Origin: an uncultured Spirochaetota bacterium
GTDB taxonomy: Bacteria; Spirochaetota; Brevinematia; Brevinematales; JAOACQ01
Length of the DNA: 64,000 nucleotides
Reading direction: 5' to 3'
Assembly (NCBI GenBank): GCA_963835575.1
Contig: CAWIGG010000002.1
Span: 1 to 64,000 of the forward strand
The notes beneath the pieces are model-generated. The model saw only the letters and a program-made list of their open reading frames with translations, had not been told where the DNA came from and did not search any database. Below, one piece after another: positions 31,513 to 41,530 of the stretch. Positions within the stretch are counted from its first letter, which is position 1. Every line of letters starts with the position of its first letter. Both the position numbers and the translations under genes were made by a program.

Positions 31513-34467
31513 ATGACAAGAAAGGAAGGGCTTTTAATAGTTGAACAAAAAGTTGAGGATTTTCAAAAAGGTGAGGCTGGTTTTTTATTAAAGTCATTTC
31601 AAGAAACGGAAACCAGAGATCGCTTTATCGACCCATTTTTTGAAGCCCTTGGGTGGGAAATGAAGCAGACTGGTGTATCGCGTCAATACTGGGATGTTCA
31701 TCGTGAATTTTCACTGAAAGATGATTCCTCTACAAAAAAACCGGATTATGCTTTCAGAGTAAAAGATATAGGTGTGCCTCACGATAAATTTAAAGAAAAA
31801 TTCTTTGTGGAAGCAAAAGCCCCGTGGGTTTCTCTTACCGACGCAAAACCTGTCTTTCAGGCTAAAAGGTATGCCTTTTCATCTCATGGTAAAGCCCCTA
31901 TAGCCATTCTCACAGACTTTCAGGAATTCCGGGTTTTTAATGGTCTTGAAAGACCACGTTTTGAAAATCCTCTGCAAGGATTAATTAAAGAACTGGATTT
32001 AAAATATACCGATTATTTAGCCAAGTGGGAAATACTTTGGGCTAACTTTTCAAAAGAAGCCGTTTATGACGGAAGTATTGAAAACCTCGCTGGAAAAGTT
32101 TCCAGAAACACAAAAACATTAGACGATGAATTTTTAAATGATATTATTGAATGGCGAGAAACGCTCGCCCGGAATGTCGCTATCCGAAATAAAAACTTAT
32201 CCGTCGATGAAATAAATGAAGCTGTTCAAAGAATTCTTGACCGTCTTGTCTTTATCAGAAATCTTGAGGACAGAAACATTGAAGATGAGAATCTTCTTAT
32301 GAATCTTGTTGACCGCCAGGATTATGAGGACGCGCATTTTTATAAATGCATAATTCCCTTATTTCGCAAATTCGATATTGATTATAACGGCCTTCTTTTT
32401 AAAAAGCATTTCAGCGAAGAATTGGAGATTGATAATAAAATCATCAAGGATATTATTAAAAGTATGAGTTCAGAAGTTTCTCCTTTCCGGTTTGATATAA
32501 TTGAACCTGAAATATTAGGGCATATTTATGAGCGCTTTCTCGGTTCAAAAATCCGGTTGACTGAAGATCACCGGGCTAAAGTTGAAATGAAACCGGAAGT
32601 GAATCATGCCGGCGGTGTTTTTTATACTCCTGAATATATCGTCAAATACATTGTTGAAAATACTGTAGGTGAAAAAGTAAAAGATAAAACACCGGAAGAA
32701 ATCGAACAACTCAAAATATTAGACCCGGCTTGCGGTTCGGGTAGTTTCTTACTCGGAGCTTTTGATTATCTGATAAAATACCATCAGGATTATTACTCTA
32801 AACTTTCCAAGACCGCCCGGAAAAAATACAAAGATTACTTTTTTGAAACCCCTGACGGTGAAATCCGGCTGACTTTGCAGAAGAAAGGCCGAATCCTCAA
32901 AAATAATATTTTCGGCGTGGATATCGACCGTGAAGCTACTGAAGTATCTATTATGAGCCTATATTTAAAACTTCTAGACGAAGGCTTTGACAAAGGGCAA
33001 GCATTACTATTTATGCGAGGGCATATTTTGCCGGATATGACAGCCAATATTAAATGTGGAAATAGTTTGATTGACCGTGAGCAATTATTTTCTAATGACC
33101 TTTTCGGTGATGAAGATATTAAACCTTTTGATTGGGATACTGAATTTTGGATAGGTGGCTTTGACTGTATTATCGGCAATCCTCCGTATATCAGAATTCA
33201 GGAAATGCAAAAATGGGCGCCTAAAACAGTTTCTATTTACAAAAATATATATAAATCCGGCAGTTCAAATAATTTTGATATTTTCGTGTTATTCCTTGAA
33301 AAAGCCTTGATGCTTTTGAATCAAAAAGGGCTTTACGGTTTTATCGTACCAAACAAATTTATGCAGCAGGAATATGGTCAAAATATTCGAGAAATATTAA
33401 GCAGTGGAAAGCATATATTTCAGATCATTAATTTTAAAGATTTTCAGGTCTTTAAAAACGCTACTACTTATACTTCTCTAGTTTTTGCCTCAAAAAACCC
33501 AAACATTTCATTTAACTATGCTGAGGTCAAGAACGAATTGGTTAACTTTCATCTTACACAAAAAGACTTTTCTTCTATTACAGCAGATCCCTGGCTTCTA
33601 CATGATGAAAAAGATGAATTGTTAATTAAATCTCTGTCAAAATACCCTATCCTTGCCGATCTGTCCACCAATATCTTTGTCGGTGTTCAGACCAGTGCTG
33701 ATAAAATATTTATTCTTGATTTCATTGAAGAAAAGGAAAACTCCTATGTTCTTTATTCAAAATCTGTTGAACGTCAGATTGAATTGGAAAAGACTTATGT
33801 AAAACATGTTATCAGCGGTCTGGATGTAAAACGTTATTTAATTCCGCCAAAAAGACAATATATTATTTTTCCTTATAAGATTGAGAACGAAAAAGCAATT
33901 CTACTTTCTAAAGCCGATCTGGAAAACAACAGCCCGAAACTGTGGGAATATTTATTTGAAAACAAAAAAGTCCTTGAAGATAGGGAGAATGGACGTTTAA
34001 AAGGCAAAGGCTGGTATGGTTACATATACCTAAAAAATATGTCTTTACAAGATAAACCTAAATTATGTGTGCCTCGTTTAGTACAGAAAATTCAATGCAC
34101 TTTTGATGCTAATGGTTCTTATTGTCTTGATAATGTGGATGTCGGCGGAGTTATACTTAAAGAAGAATACAATCATTTATATTATTATATTATGGGGCTT
34201 TTGAATTCTTCCCTGCTCAGTTTTTATCTAACCAAAATAAGCACACCATTTCGGGGTGGCTTTTGGTCGTGTAATAAGCAATATCTTGAAAAACTGCCAA
34301 TTTATCTTCATTACCCGCAAGATAAAGATAAGTATGCTCTCTGTCAGAAGATTGAAGAAATGGTTAAACAGATTATAGAACTCAAGAAAGATGAAAAACG
34401 TTTGAAGGATGCTGAATTTCTTGAAAGAAAGATTGATGAGATGGTTGAGAAAATTTATTTGGAGTGA
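31513..34467 (+). CDS. Type IIG-like fused restriction-modification enzyme, paralog of 14643-17624
   Basis: Near-identical REase/MTase part and C-terminal helix, different TRD. Confidence 0.9.
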   Translation: MTRKEGLLIVEQKVEDFQKGEAGFLLKSFQETETRDRFIDPFFEALGWEMKQTGVSRQYWDVHREFSLKDDSSTKKPDYAFRVKDIGVPHDKFKEKFFVEAKAPWVSLTDAKPVFQAKRYAFSSHGKAPIAILTDFQEFRVFNGLERPRFENPLQGLIKELDLKYTDYLAKWEILWANFSKEAVYDGSIENLAGKVSRNTKTLDDEFLNDIIEWRETLARNVAIRNKNLSVDEINEAVQRILDRLVFIRNLEDRNIEDENLLMNLVDRQDYEDAHFYKCIIPLFRKFDIDYNGLLFKKHFSEELEIDNKIIKDIIKSMSSEVSPFRFDIIEPEILGHIYERFLGSKIRLTEDHRAKVEMKPEVNHAGGVFYTPEYIVKYIVENTVGEKVKDKTPEEIEQLKILDPACGSGSFLLGAFDYLIKYHQDYYSKLSKTARKKYKDYFFETPDGEIRLTLQKKGRILKNNIFGVDIDREATEVSIMSLYLKLLDEGFDKGQALLFMRGHILPDMTANIKCGNSLIDREQLFSNDLFGDEDIKPFDWDTEFWIGGFDCIIGNPPYIRIQEMQKWAPKTVSIYKNIYKSGSSNNFDIFVLFLEKALMLLNQKGLYGFIVPNKFMQQEYGQNIREILSSGKHIFQIINFKDFQVFKNATTYTSLVFASKNPNISFNYAEVKNELVNFHLTQKDFSSITADPWLLHDEKDELLIKSLSKYPILADLSTNIFVGVQTSADKIFILDFIEEKENSYVLYSKSVERQIELEKTYVKHVISGLDVKRYLIPPKRQYIIFPYKIENEKAILLSKADLENNSPKLWEYLFENKKVLEDRENGRLKGKGWYGYIYLKNMSLQDKPKLCVPRLVQKIQCTFDANGSYCLDNVDVGGVILKEEYNHLYYYIMGLLNSSLLSFYLTKISTPFRGGFWSCNKQYLEKLPIYLHYPQDKDKYALCQKIEEMVKQIIELKKDEKRLKDAEFLERKIDEMVEKIYLE

Positions 34468-34500
34468 TTGGATTAGAAAAAAGTTAATTGAGGTTATTAT

Positions 34501-35736
34501 ATGAATGGAAAAAAAAACGATCAAAACGATTTTATCTGTTATATAGGTAATAAGAAAGAAATATCCTTAGAGAAAATACGCTTAAGAATAAAAAATTATC
34601 TGGAACTGGATAATGTTAGTATTCTTGCCGGTGCAGGTACAAGTTTTCATATTGGCGCGCCTATAATAAGAGTAATTCCAAAAGAAATAAATGACTCATT
34701 ATTAAGCGATAAAGAAATAAAAGATTTTTACAAAATTAAAATAGATGAAATCAGTAAAGATAAAAATAACAACAAGGGTATATCTCTCGAAGATTTTCTC
34801 AATTATTTACAGGCAGATAGATTTTGTGCAATAACAAGATCAGAAGACATAACTAATTATGACATTTTAATTAAAAAAATTCAAAGTGAATTATTTTTAC
34901 GATGTAATACTCAGAATACAAACTTACATAATGATTACAAAGAAGATTCTAATTTAAAGGAAAATAGATATTTTTATCATGAGAAATTAATCAAAAAAAT
35001 ACTCCTAAGACCAATTAATCTGAGACGTGTCAATCTTTTTACTTCTAATTATGATTTGGCTTTTGAATATAGTTTTGATAATACAGGAATATATTATATA
35101 AATGGTTTTTCTGGTTTTCAGAGACGATTTTTTCATCCTGAATCCTATGATTATGACGTTTATTATCCTGGTCAAACTACAAGCGGAAAAGTGCATCGTG
35201 CTGAAAAAGTTTTACGTTATTATAAATTACATGGTTCTTTATCTTGGATTTTTACTGAACAAAATGCAAGAAATTTATATGGAATTGAAGAAATTTATAT
35301 TGATAAAAAACCAGAAAACGAATTAGTAATATATCCATGTGTAACAAAAAAAAGATTTACTCTCGATTTGCCTTATTCCGAATTATTCAGACATTTCTCA
35401 AATTCTATTAAACTAAACCAGTCAGTATTGTTTTGTATTGGTTATTCTTTTAATGACGAACATATAAATGATATAATCTATCAGGCTCTTTCAATTCCTT
35501 CTTTTACTCTTTTTGTAATTGATTATAAAGCTACGGATAATAAAGAAATTAATAAATTAAAATCTCTCAATGATCCACGTATTTTAATAATTGAAGGTAA
35601 ATATGCGAAATTCACTAAATTTGTTACTGATGTTTTACCTGATATATATGATGAAAAAGATGAAATCAAGATTACTGAAACAATGAATAAATTATATAAT
35701 ACTGATAATAATGATGAGGAAATTTCAGATGTCTGA
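34501..35736 (+). CDS. SIR2-like NADase of Sir2-HerA defence system
   Basis: LAGAGTS, FTSNYD, KLHGSLSW, IGYSFNDEHIN. Confidence 0.9.
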   Translation: MNGKKNDQNDFICYIGNKKEISLEKIRLRIKNYLELDNVSILAGAGTSFHIGAPIIRVIPKEINDSLLSDKEIKDFYKIKIDEISKDKNNNKGISLEDFLNYLQADRFCAITRSEDITNYDILIKKIQSELFLRCNTQNTNLHNDYKEDSNLKENRYFYHEKLIKKILLRPINLRRVNLFTSNYDLAFEYSFDNTGIYYINGFSGFQRRFFHPESYDYDVYYPGQTTSGKVHRAEKVLRYYKLHGSLSWIFTEQNARNLYGIEEIYIDKKPENELVIYPCVTKKRFTLDLPYSELFRHFSNSIKLNQSVLFCIGYSFNDEHINDIIYQALSIPSFTLFVIDYKATDNKEINKLKSLNDPRILIIEGKYAKFTKFVTDVLPDIYDEKDEIKITETMNKLYNTDNNDEEISDV

Positions 35737-37852
35737 TCGTCAAATAGGCCGTGTTGTATCTGTAGATAATTTTCGTGTTTTTGTAAAGCTTGATGATGAT
35801 CTAACAAGTACACATAAAAGCGGTTTTAATGACATTTACGAAGTTGCACGCATCAATTCTTATCTTATCATACCTGTGGGTTCAGATAGAATAGTAGCTT
35901 TAATTACAAGGGTCAAAATGCAGGAAGAACCCGAATTCGATAAAAATAAACAATCTATTTCACTGCCTTCTTCTTCCAGATATATTACCGCAACTATGCT
36001 AGGCACAATTGAAACAAGAAATAATAAAGAAATATTTATTCAAGGCGTATATAATTTTCCGGTTCTCGATAATGTAGTCTGGTTCATTACCGCGGATGAT
36101 TTAAATAAAATATTCGATTATAATGAATCTTCCGAGATAGATTATTCTAAAGACTTTTATCTTCCTATCGGTAATTCTCCAGCTTTTCCGGATTATGATG
36201 TGAAAATCTGCCCTGACCAACTTTTCGTAAAACATACGGCAATTTTAGGAAATACCGGGTCTGGTAAATCGTGTACGCTTACTTCCATATTGAAATCCAT
36301 TTTTAACTATAAATTTAAGACAAAAGTTGCTGGTCAAACGGAACAAAGTGAAGAATGTTATTTGAAGAATGCCCATTTTATTATATTTGATACTAATGGA
36401 GAATATAAAAATGCTTTTATTTCTGAAGGTGAACAATTCGAAAGAATAAATACCCTGGTTATTGATGATAAAGGTCTAAAAGTACCTTACTGGTTTATGA
36501 ATTGGGATGATTTTGATTATTTGTTTGAGCCGGGTTCTGGCACACAAGCTCCAATTTTGAAAAGAGCAATAGGATTGGCTAAAAATATTACAGAAGCTAA
36601 AACAAATAATTTGCTTAATAAAGTTTTGGAAGGATGCCTCGTAGAAATTATAAATTCTGCTTGCGGTTGTGAAGAATGGAAATTCAAAGCTAAAAGAGAA
36701 AAAGATAAAAATTTTGATTGTAATAATCAAATACTTCAATTATCAAAAGAACTGGAAAAGTATTCTGAACTGAATTTAAGAAATATTTCAGAGAAATTAA
36801 AAATTTTAGGTAAAAAAGATTTAACATTAACTGAAAAAACACAATCAATTAATGAAATTGAATTAAGTTATAAAAAATATAAAGAAAGTTTGATTGATCA
36901 ACAAATAATGACAGAAAAGAATATTGATCTTCCAGTATGGTTTAAGTATCAAGAATTAATTACAAAGTACATTGATTCCGCTATTGAAGAACATGAGGGT
37001 TCTTCTTCAAAAATTAGTGAATATGTCTCAACACTTAGATTGCGTTTGGAAGGCTTTTTTAATGACCGGCGTATTGCCGATCCTTTATTATTAAATATTG
37101 AAGCAGAATTTACAGAATCTTTAATAAAATTCATTTCATTTATCTTTGGCGATTTCTACCGATCCTTAAATAATAATGAAACCGATGTTTATTCAGAATA
37201 TTATAATCAATTAAAATATGATCAATTTGAAAATATACCAAATAAAGGAAAAGCAAACCAGATCACAATTCTTGATATGTCACTTATCCCTTTTGATGTA
37301 CTTGAAAATTTGACTGGACTTATAGGTAGACTGATAATTGAATTTGTGGAGCATTTTAAACCTGAGGAAAGAGGTCGGTATCCAATAGTAATTGTATTAG
37401 AGGAAGCTCAAAATTATATACCGGAAAAGAACAGGAAGGACCGGGAATCCATAGCAAAGAAAGTTTTTGAAAGAATAGCCCGTGAAGGACGTAAATATGG
37501 TATTTCATTAATAGTATCCAGCCAAAGACCTTCGGAATTATCAAAAACTGTGTTGTCTCAATGCAATTCATTTATCATTCATCGGCTACAAAACCCTGAC
37601 GACCAAAAATATATAAAAGGACTTGTTTCCAGCGCCAATAGTGATATTTTAGATCAGCTACCGATACTCCCGCAACAGCATGCAATAATCATGGGTGATT
37701 GCGTCCGTACCCCTGTACAAATGAGAATAAATGATATATCACCCAAACCAAATAGTGACAACCCAAGATTTATTGAAAAATGGCTTGAAAGTAATAATGA
37801 TTTTCCTGATTACAAAGAAATTTGTGACAGATGGGAAGAAGGTAAAAAATAA
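35729..37852 (+). CDS. HerA/DUF87 ATPase of Sir2-HerA defence system
   Basis: N-terminal HAS-like barrel, GNTGSGKS, LEEAQNY, REGRKYG, SQRPSE; overlaps SIR2 stop. Confidence 0.9.
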   Translation: MSDRQIGRVVSVDNFRVFVKLDDDLTSTHKSGFNDIYEVARINSYLIIPVGSDRIVALITRVKMQEEPEFDKNKQSISLPSSSRYITATMLGTIETRNNKEIFIQGVYNFPVLDNVVWFITADDLNKIFDYNESSEIDYSKDFYLPIGNSPAFPDYDVKICPDQLFVKHTAILGNTGSGKSCTLTSILKSIFNYKFKTKVAGQTEQSEECYLKNAHFIIFDTNGEYKNAFISEGEQFERINTLVIDDKGLKVPYWFMNWDDFDYLFEPGSGTQAPILKRAIGLAKNITEAKTNNLLNKVLEGCLVEIINSACGCEEWKFKAKREKDKNFDCNNQILQLSKELEKYSELNLRNISEKLKILGKKDLTLTEKTQSINEIELSYKKYKESLIDQQIMTEKNIDLPVWFKYQELITKYIDSAIEEHEGSSSKISEYVSTLRLRLEGFFNDRRIADPLLLNIEAEFTESLIKFISFIFGDFYRSLNNNETDVYSEYYNQLKYDQFENIPNKGKANQITILDMSLIPFDVLENLTGLIGRLIIEFVEHFKPEERGRYPIVIVLEEAQNYIPEKNRKDRESIAKKVFERIAREGRKYGISLIVSSQRPSELSKTVLSQCNSFIIHRLQNPDDQKYIKGLVSSANSDILDQLPILPQQHAIIMGDCVRTPVQMRINDISPKPNSDNPRFIEKWLESNNDFPDYKEICDRWEEGKK

Positions 37853-37987
37853 ATATAAATTTAAAACATAAAAAGCCACTTTTTTAAAATATTTTAAGGA
37901 AGTATTAAAAATGGCAGCGCTAACTCTAATCTCCGCAGTTATTCCGGCGGAGACAAAGATGGGATTCTTTTTCCAAGCCATATATTA

Positions 37988-38762
37988 AGCTTTCCTCGGG
38001 CACTCCCGAAAACTCCGGCGCGGTCGCCGTCCTTCCACTGCCTGCGTTTTCGGGAGTGCCCTCGTCAAGCTTCCTGTTTTCAACCCTTTGAGCACTGCCT
38101 CACTCTTAACATAATTTTTCTTATGGTCAAGCAAGCGAATTAATCGCACTTTTTTATACTGATATTCCTCTATTTTTTTATAAAGTTATTTTATAATTTA
38201 TTCTTTTTTCTACCGATGGCTCAATGGAGTAAACGCCTGCCCATAAGAAGAAATTATGTTAAGTAGCAAAGGATTTAATAATTTTTATATCCTGCATCTT
38301 TCTTATTCTCTAAAATCTTTTCTTTATTGTTGCTTTCTCAACCTTTGCTAACGTTCGGCGCGCTCAAAGGGTTGAAAACAGGGCTGGCGCATTTCGTTAT
38401 TATTTTCCACCCTGCCCGCCCGTATAGAATGAAGCAAAAAGCATAGCTTTTTTTATGAGCTGTCCCGTCCGTCCCGTAGATATTCTTTTTCTCTTTCAGG
38501 TTCCAATTTCGGGACTCCCCTTTGTCCTTTTTCACTTGTCAGTACCGTTTTAAAACCGTGCTCTTTAAATATTTTCACCCTGCCTTTTTTATTATACCGT
38601 GAGAAAAATAAAATAGTCCACTTCGCCAAGGGTAAAGTCGCAAGCTCCCGATTTAAAAATATTTTATTGTCTTAAAAACAGAAATGCTTTTTTTAAAAAC
38701 CAAGGGTCTTTATTACAGGTTAAAATATTTTTAAATCGCCCTTGCTATTTTATTTTTCTCGC
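37988..38762. other. Non-coding region with several long nested inverted repeats
   Basis: GGGCACTCCCGAAAAC/GTTTTCGGGAGTGCCC; GTTTTCAACCCTTTGAGC/GCTCAAAGGGTTGAAAAC; GAGAAAAATAAAATAG/CTATTTTATTTTTCTC. Confidence 0.75.
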
Positions 38763-38822
38763 TGGTGTTGTATTTAGTCAGGGTTAGAAATTTTATTATA
38801 ACTCAAATTTTAGGAGGTATTT

Positions 38823-39203
38823 ATGTCAGCTTATATTGTCAGCAAAGATCACATTTCTGCGTTAGTCAGTTTTTGTAATGCGAAAAATGTTTATGTGTAT
38901 TATGATGGGAAAAAGTTTGATGTCACGAATCTTGACGCTATTGGTCAGATTCTCGTGAATGAAAACTACCGTTCAGTTAATACCCGGTATAGTTCAAACG
39001 ATGCCCCATTTGTTTACGAGTTTCAATATCTGCAACGGCATTTTACGCTTATTCAGATTATTAAACTATGTCATTGCTATAATTATCAGTCATGTGAAAC
39101 GGAAGATTATTATGAATCTCTTGCCTATGCGATTGTGAGAGGTATCGAATCTCATGCTGTCCGGTTATTACCTGGCTATGAAGAAGCGGAATGGGGTTTA
39201 TAG
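38823..39203 (+). CDS. Hypothetical protein of phage/plasmid type
   Basis: Strong RBS AGGAGGT; EN.RSVN.RY, YQSCE, LPGYE.A.W motifs. Confidence 0.7.
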   Translation: MSAYIVSKDHISALVSFCNAKNVYVYYDGKKFDVTNLDAIGQILVNENYRSVNTRYSSNDAPFVYEFQYLQRHFTLIQIIKLCHCYNYQSCETEDYYESLAYAIVRGIESHAVRLLPGYEEAEWGL

Positions 39204-39256
39204 TTTTGAAGCGTTATTGAAACGGAATTGAAGCGGAGAAGGTCTCCTTAAGAAAT

Positions 39257-39298
39257 AAAAAAGCCCCTGCATTTTATAGATTTATGCAGGGGTTTTAG
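39257..39298. terminator. Bidirectional terminator between convergent genes
   Basis: AAAAAAGCCCCTGCAT...ATGCAGGGGTTTT. Confidence 0.7.
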
Positions 39299-39321
39299 TT
39301 TGCGATATCCGGCCGGGATTA

Positions 39322-39651
39322 TCAGCTCGGCATAAACGGAGTTGTAGGAGCTGTCCCATTGTTTGCGTTTTTGTAGTTTATATATCCGCTCACATACAGG
39401 TTAAAACCGCTCATCTGCTGACCACTTGCAGCACTATTCCAGGCGTCTTTTGTCGCCTGTGTTTCCGCCTGCCAGGCCGCTACCGCCGCCGTAAAATAGT
39501 CCCTGACTTTAAGCTGATTTTCAGTCTGGGGATTTGAAGGTACAGTATACTGCCTGCTATAGTTGATCCCCTTCCATTTTGCGAAAACCATCGTATCGGC
39601 AAATGTGCCGCTTGCGTCAAGGGACATCAAAGGCCCTGTTACTTTTGCCAT
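39322..39651 (-). CDS. Hypothetical protein (SG...WKG..Y.R...NP.T..Q..R..F family)
   Basis: RBS AAGGAGGT; coherent GC-richer ORF. Confidence 0.7.
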   Translation of the reverse strand: MAKVTGPLMSLDASGTFADTMVFAKWKGINYSRQYTVPSNPQTENQLKVRDYFTAAVAAWQAETQATKDAWNSAASGQQMSGFNLYVSGYINYKNANNGTAPTTPFMPS

Positions 39652-40159
39652 AGTATTTCCACCTCCTTAAAGGATATAATTTTAAACAAATATTTTTTAC
39701 CCTTTATTAATAGTCATTTTTAAGGGTATCGAAATGAAATAAATGGTTGAATTTAATCGGCAGGGAAGAATGACTGAATAAAACAAACAGGTTACATACG
39801 GAAAGTTAATAAATATTATCGGAAAGCAAGATATTATGGAGATCAATGCTGGGGAATAATAGGTTAAAAAACCTATTACGAACTATTTAAAACCCTTAAA
39901 AACTATTTGTAAAGCTCATTGGAAGTTTTTAAAACCATAAAAATATTTATGGTATTATTTATGATTATATTTATATTCTCTGTTTTCCTTGACAGTACCT
40001 TAAATTTGTCTTAATATTTAGGCATACTGTTAACAATACTATTCAAATACTTGACGGAGAGAATTTTCCGTGAAATCGATTTTGAAATAGAAATATCTGT
40101 TCTATTTATCATATTCTTAATTAGAATTCCGAATATTAAATATGAAGGGGGCGTAGCTT

Positions 40160-40708
40160 ATGATTAGTTATAAATTTAATGAAACAAAAGCAATTCAGTT
40201 AATCGCTTTTCTTCTTAAGCAAGATAATACAAAAGATTATAATAATTATACAAAAATTATCAAACTTTTATACTTGGCAGATAGAGAAGCATTAAATAGG
40301 TGGGGAAGATCAATAACAAAAGATATTTATGCAAATCTTCCAGCGGGGCCGATTGTAAGTGAAACTTATGATTTAATTAAGGAAATGAAAAAAGGGGCTA
40401 ATGAATTTATTTGTTCTAAAAATGAATATGATTTGGCATTAGTAAGTGATCCTGGTGATGATGAATTAAGTAATGCAGAAATTAAGCTACTTAGAGAAAT
40501 ATCTGAAAAATATAAGGATAAAACATATCAAAAAATGGTTGATGAGGTTCATCGTCTTCCTGAATGGGTTGATCCAAGACCTAGAGGGAAAAAATCATTA
40601 TCAGTTGAAAATATTTTAGAAGTGTTAAATAAAACAGATGATGAAATTAAAGAAATTGAAGTATCAAACAAAGAAGAAAACTATATAATTAATGTCTTAG
40701 GTTTATAA
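40160..40708 (+). CDS. Panacea (DUF4065/SocA-like) antitoxin
   Basis: KIIKLLYLADRE.L..WGRSIT.D.Y..LP.GP, H.LPEW.DP. Confidence 0.8.
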   Translation: MISYKFNETKAIQLIAFLLKQDNTKDYNNYTKIIKLLYLADREALNRWGRSITKDIYANLPAGPIVSETYDLIKEMKKGANEFICSKNEYDLALVSDPGDDELSNAEIKLLREISEKYKDKTYQKMVDEVHRLPEWVDPRPRGKKSLSVENILEVLNKTDDEIKEIEVSNKEENYIINVLGL

Positions 40709-40709
40709 G

Positions 40710-41087
40710 ATGAAAAAAGGGGGGACATTCTACGGCAACCCAGAAGGAGCCTCTCAACCCCATCTACACTGTATAATTACAGACTCATCCGAGCATAAAG
40801 AAAAAGGTAAATGTCTTTTTGTTCATATGATTTCATATAATGAAGGTAATCCGTATTCAGACCGTTCTTGTATTTTAAATAAAGGTGATCACCCATTTAT
40901 TACACGTCCAACTTGCATAAATTATGCTGCTGCAACGGAAATAGATTTAGAGAATCTTGAATTTGCTGTTAGTCGATGTTTGTGTGAAGAAAATGCCCCT
41001 CTATCCTTAGAAATCTTAGAGAGAATACGTGAAGGGGCAAGACTTTCTGATCATTTACCTAGAAAATATAAATACTTATTCGAATAA
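40710..41087 (+). CDS. Probable toxin paired with Panacea antitoxin (PemK/MazF-like fold suspected)
   Basis: Starts 1 bp after the antitoxin stop; HL..II, D.SC.L.KGDHPFI motif. Confidence 0.55.
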   Translation: MKKGGTFYGNPEGASQPHLHCIITDSSEHKEKGKCLFVHMISYNEGNPYSDRSCILNKGDHPFITRPTCINYAAATEIDLENLEFAVSRCLCEENAPLSLEILERIREGARLSDHLPRKYKYLFE

Positions 41088-41431
41088 AATAAAGAAATTT
41101 AATCATTCAAAGAAAGAATTATGAATTTTCATCATAATAAAATAAGCAATAATTATTATTTCTAAATATTGTGTTAATTTTTCGACACTATAAAAAGGAT
41201 TAAACAGAGTTTTTAGAGTCCGTAAAAAAGGCATTGAATATATTAAAATTAATAGTAAAACAATAAAATAACTATAAGGTTCCATTGTAAAACAAAAAAA
41301 TAACAAAAAAGTAAACGATATTAGAAATCTTATAATAATTACTTTTCCCTAAAAATGTTATTGTTTTGTTACCAAATAGGTTTTATAATTCACTTATCTT
41401 ATTGCTATTATATATATTAACAACTCTATAA

Positions 41432-41509
41432 GCAAAAACTGTGACAAAGCAAAATGTGGGCGCATCCCCGCAGGGCCGATAGGCCCGTAGCGTTTACACC
41501 GGGTTGTAC
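41432..41509 (-). repeat. Right part of split attC-like site (attR side)
   Basis: GCAAAAACTGTGACAAAGCAAAATGTGG...GTTGTAC continues the 26505-26592 half. Confidence 0.85.
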
Positions 41510-41530
41510 GAAGTTTGCCGGGCCGAATTT

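Larger units (their letters stand above)
26593..41445 (+). mobile_element. Integrative element (about 14.9 kb) inserted in an attC-like site
   Basis: 14-bp direct repeat GCAAAAACTGTGAC at 26579-26592 and 41432-41445; int, xis and rep at the left end; genes mostly opposite to the array. Confidence 0.9.

Noticed and set aside
14643..34467. Dedicated invertase-driven shufflon
   Set aside because: Both genes are full length, with no silent TRD cassettes or short inversion sites seen; only homologous exchange is supportable.
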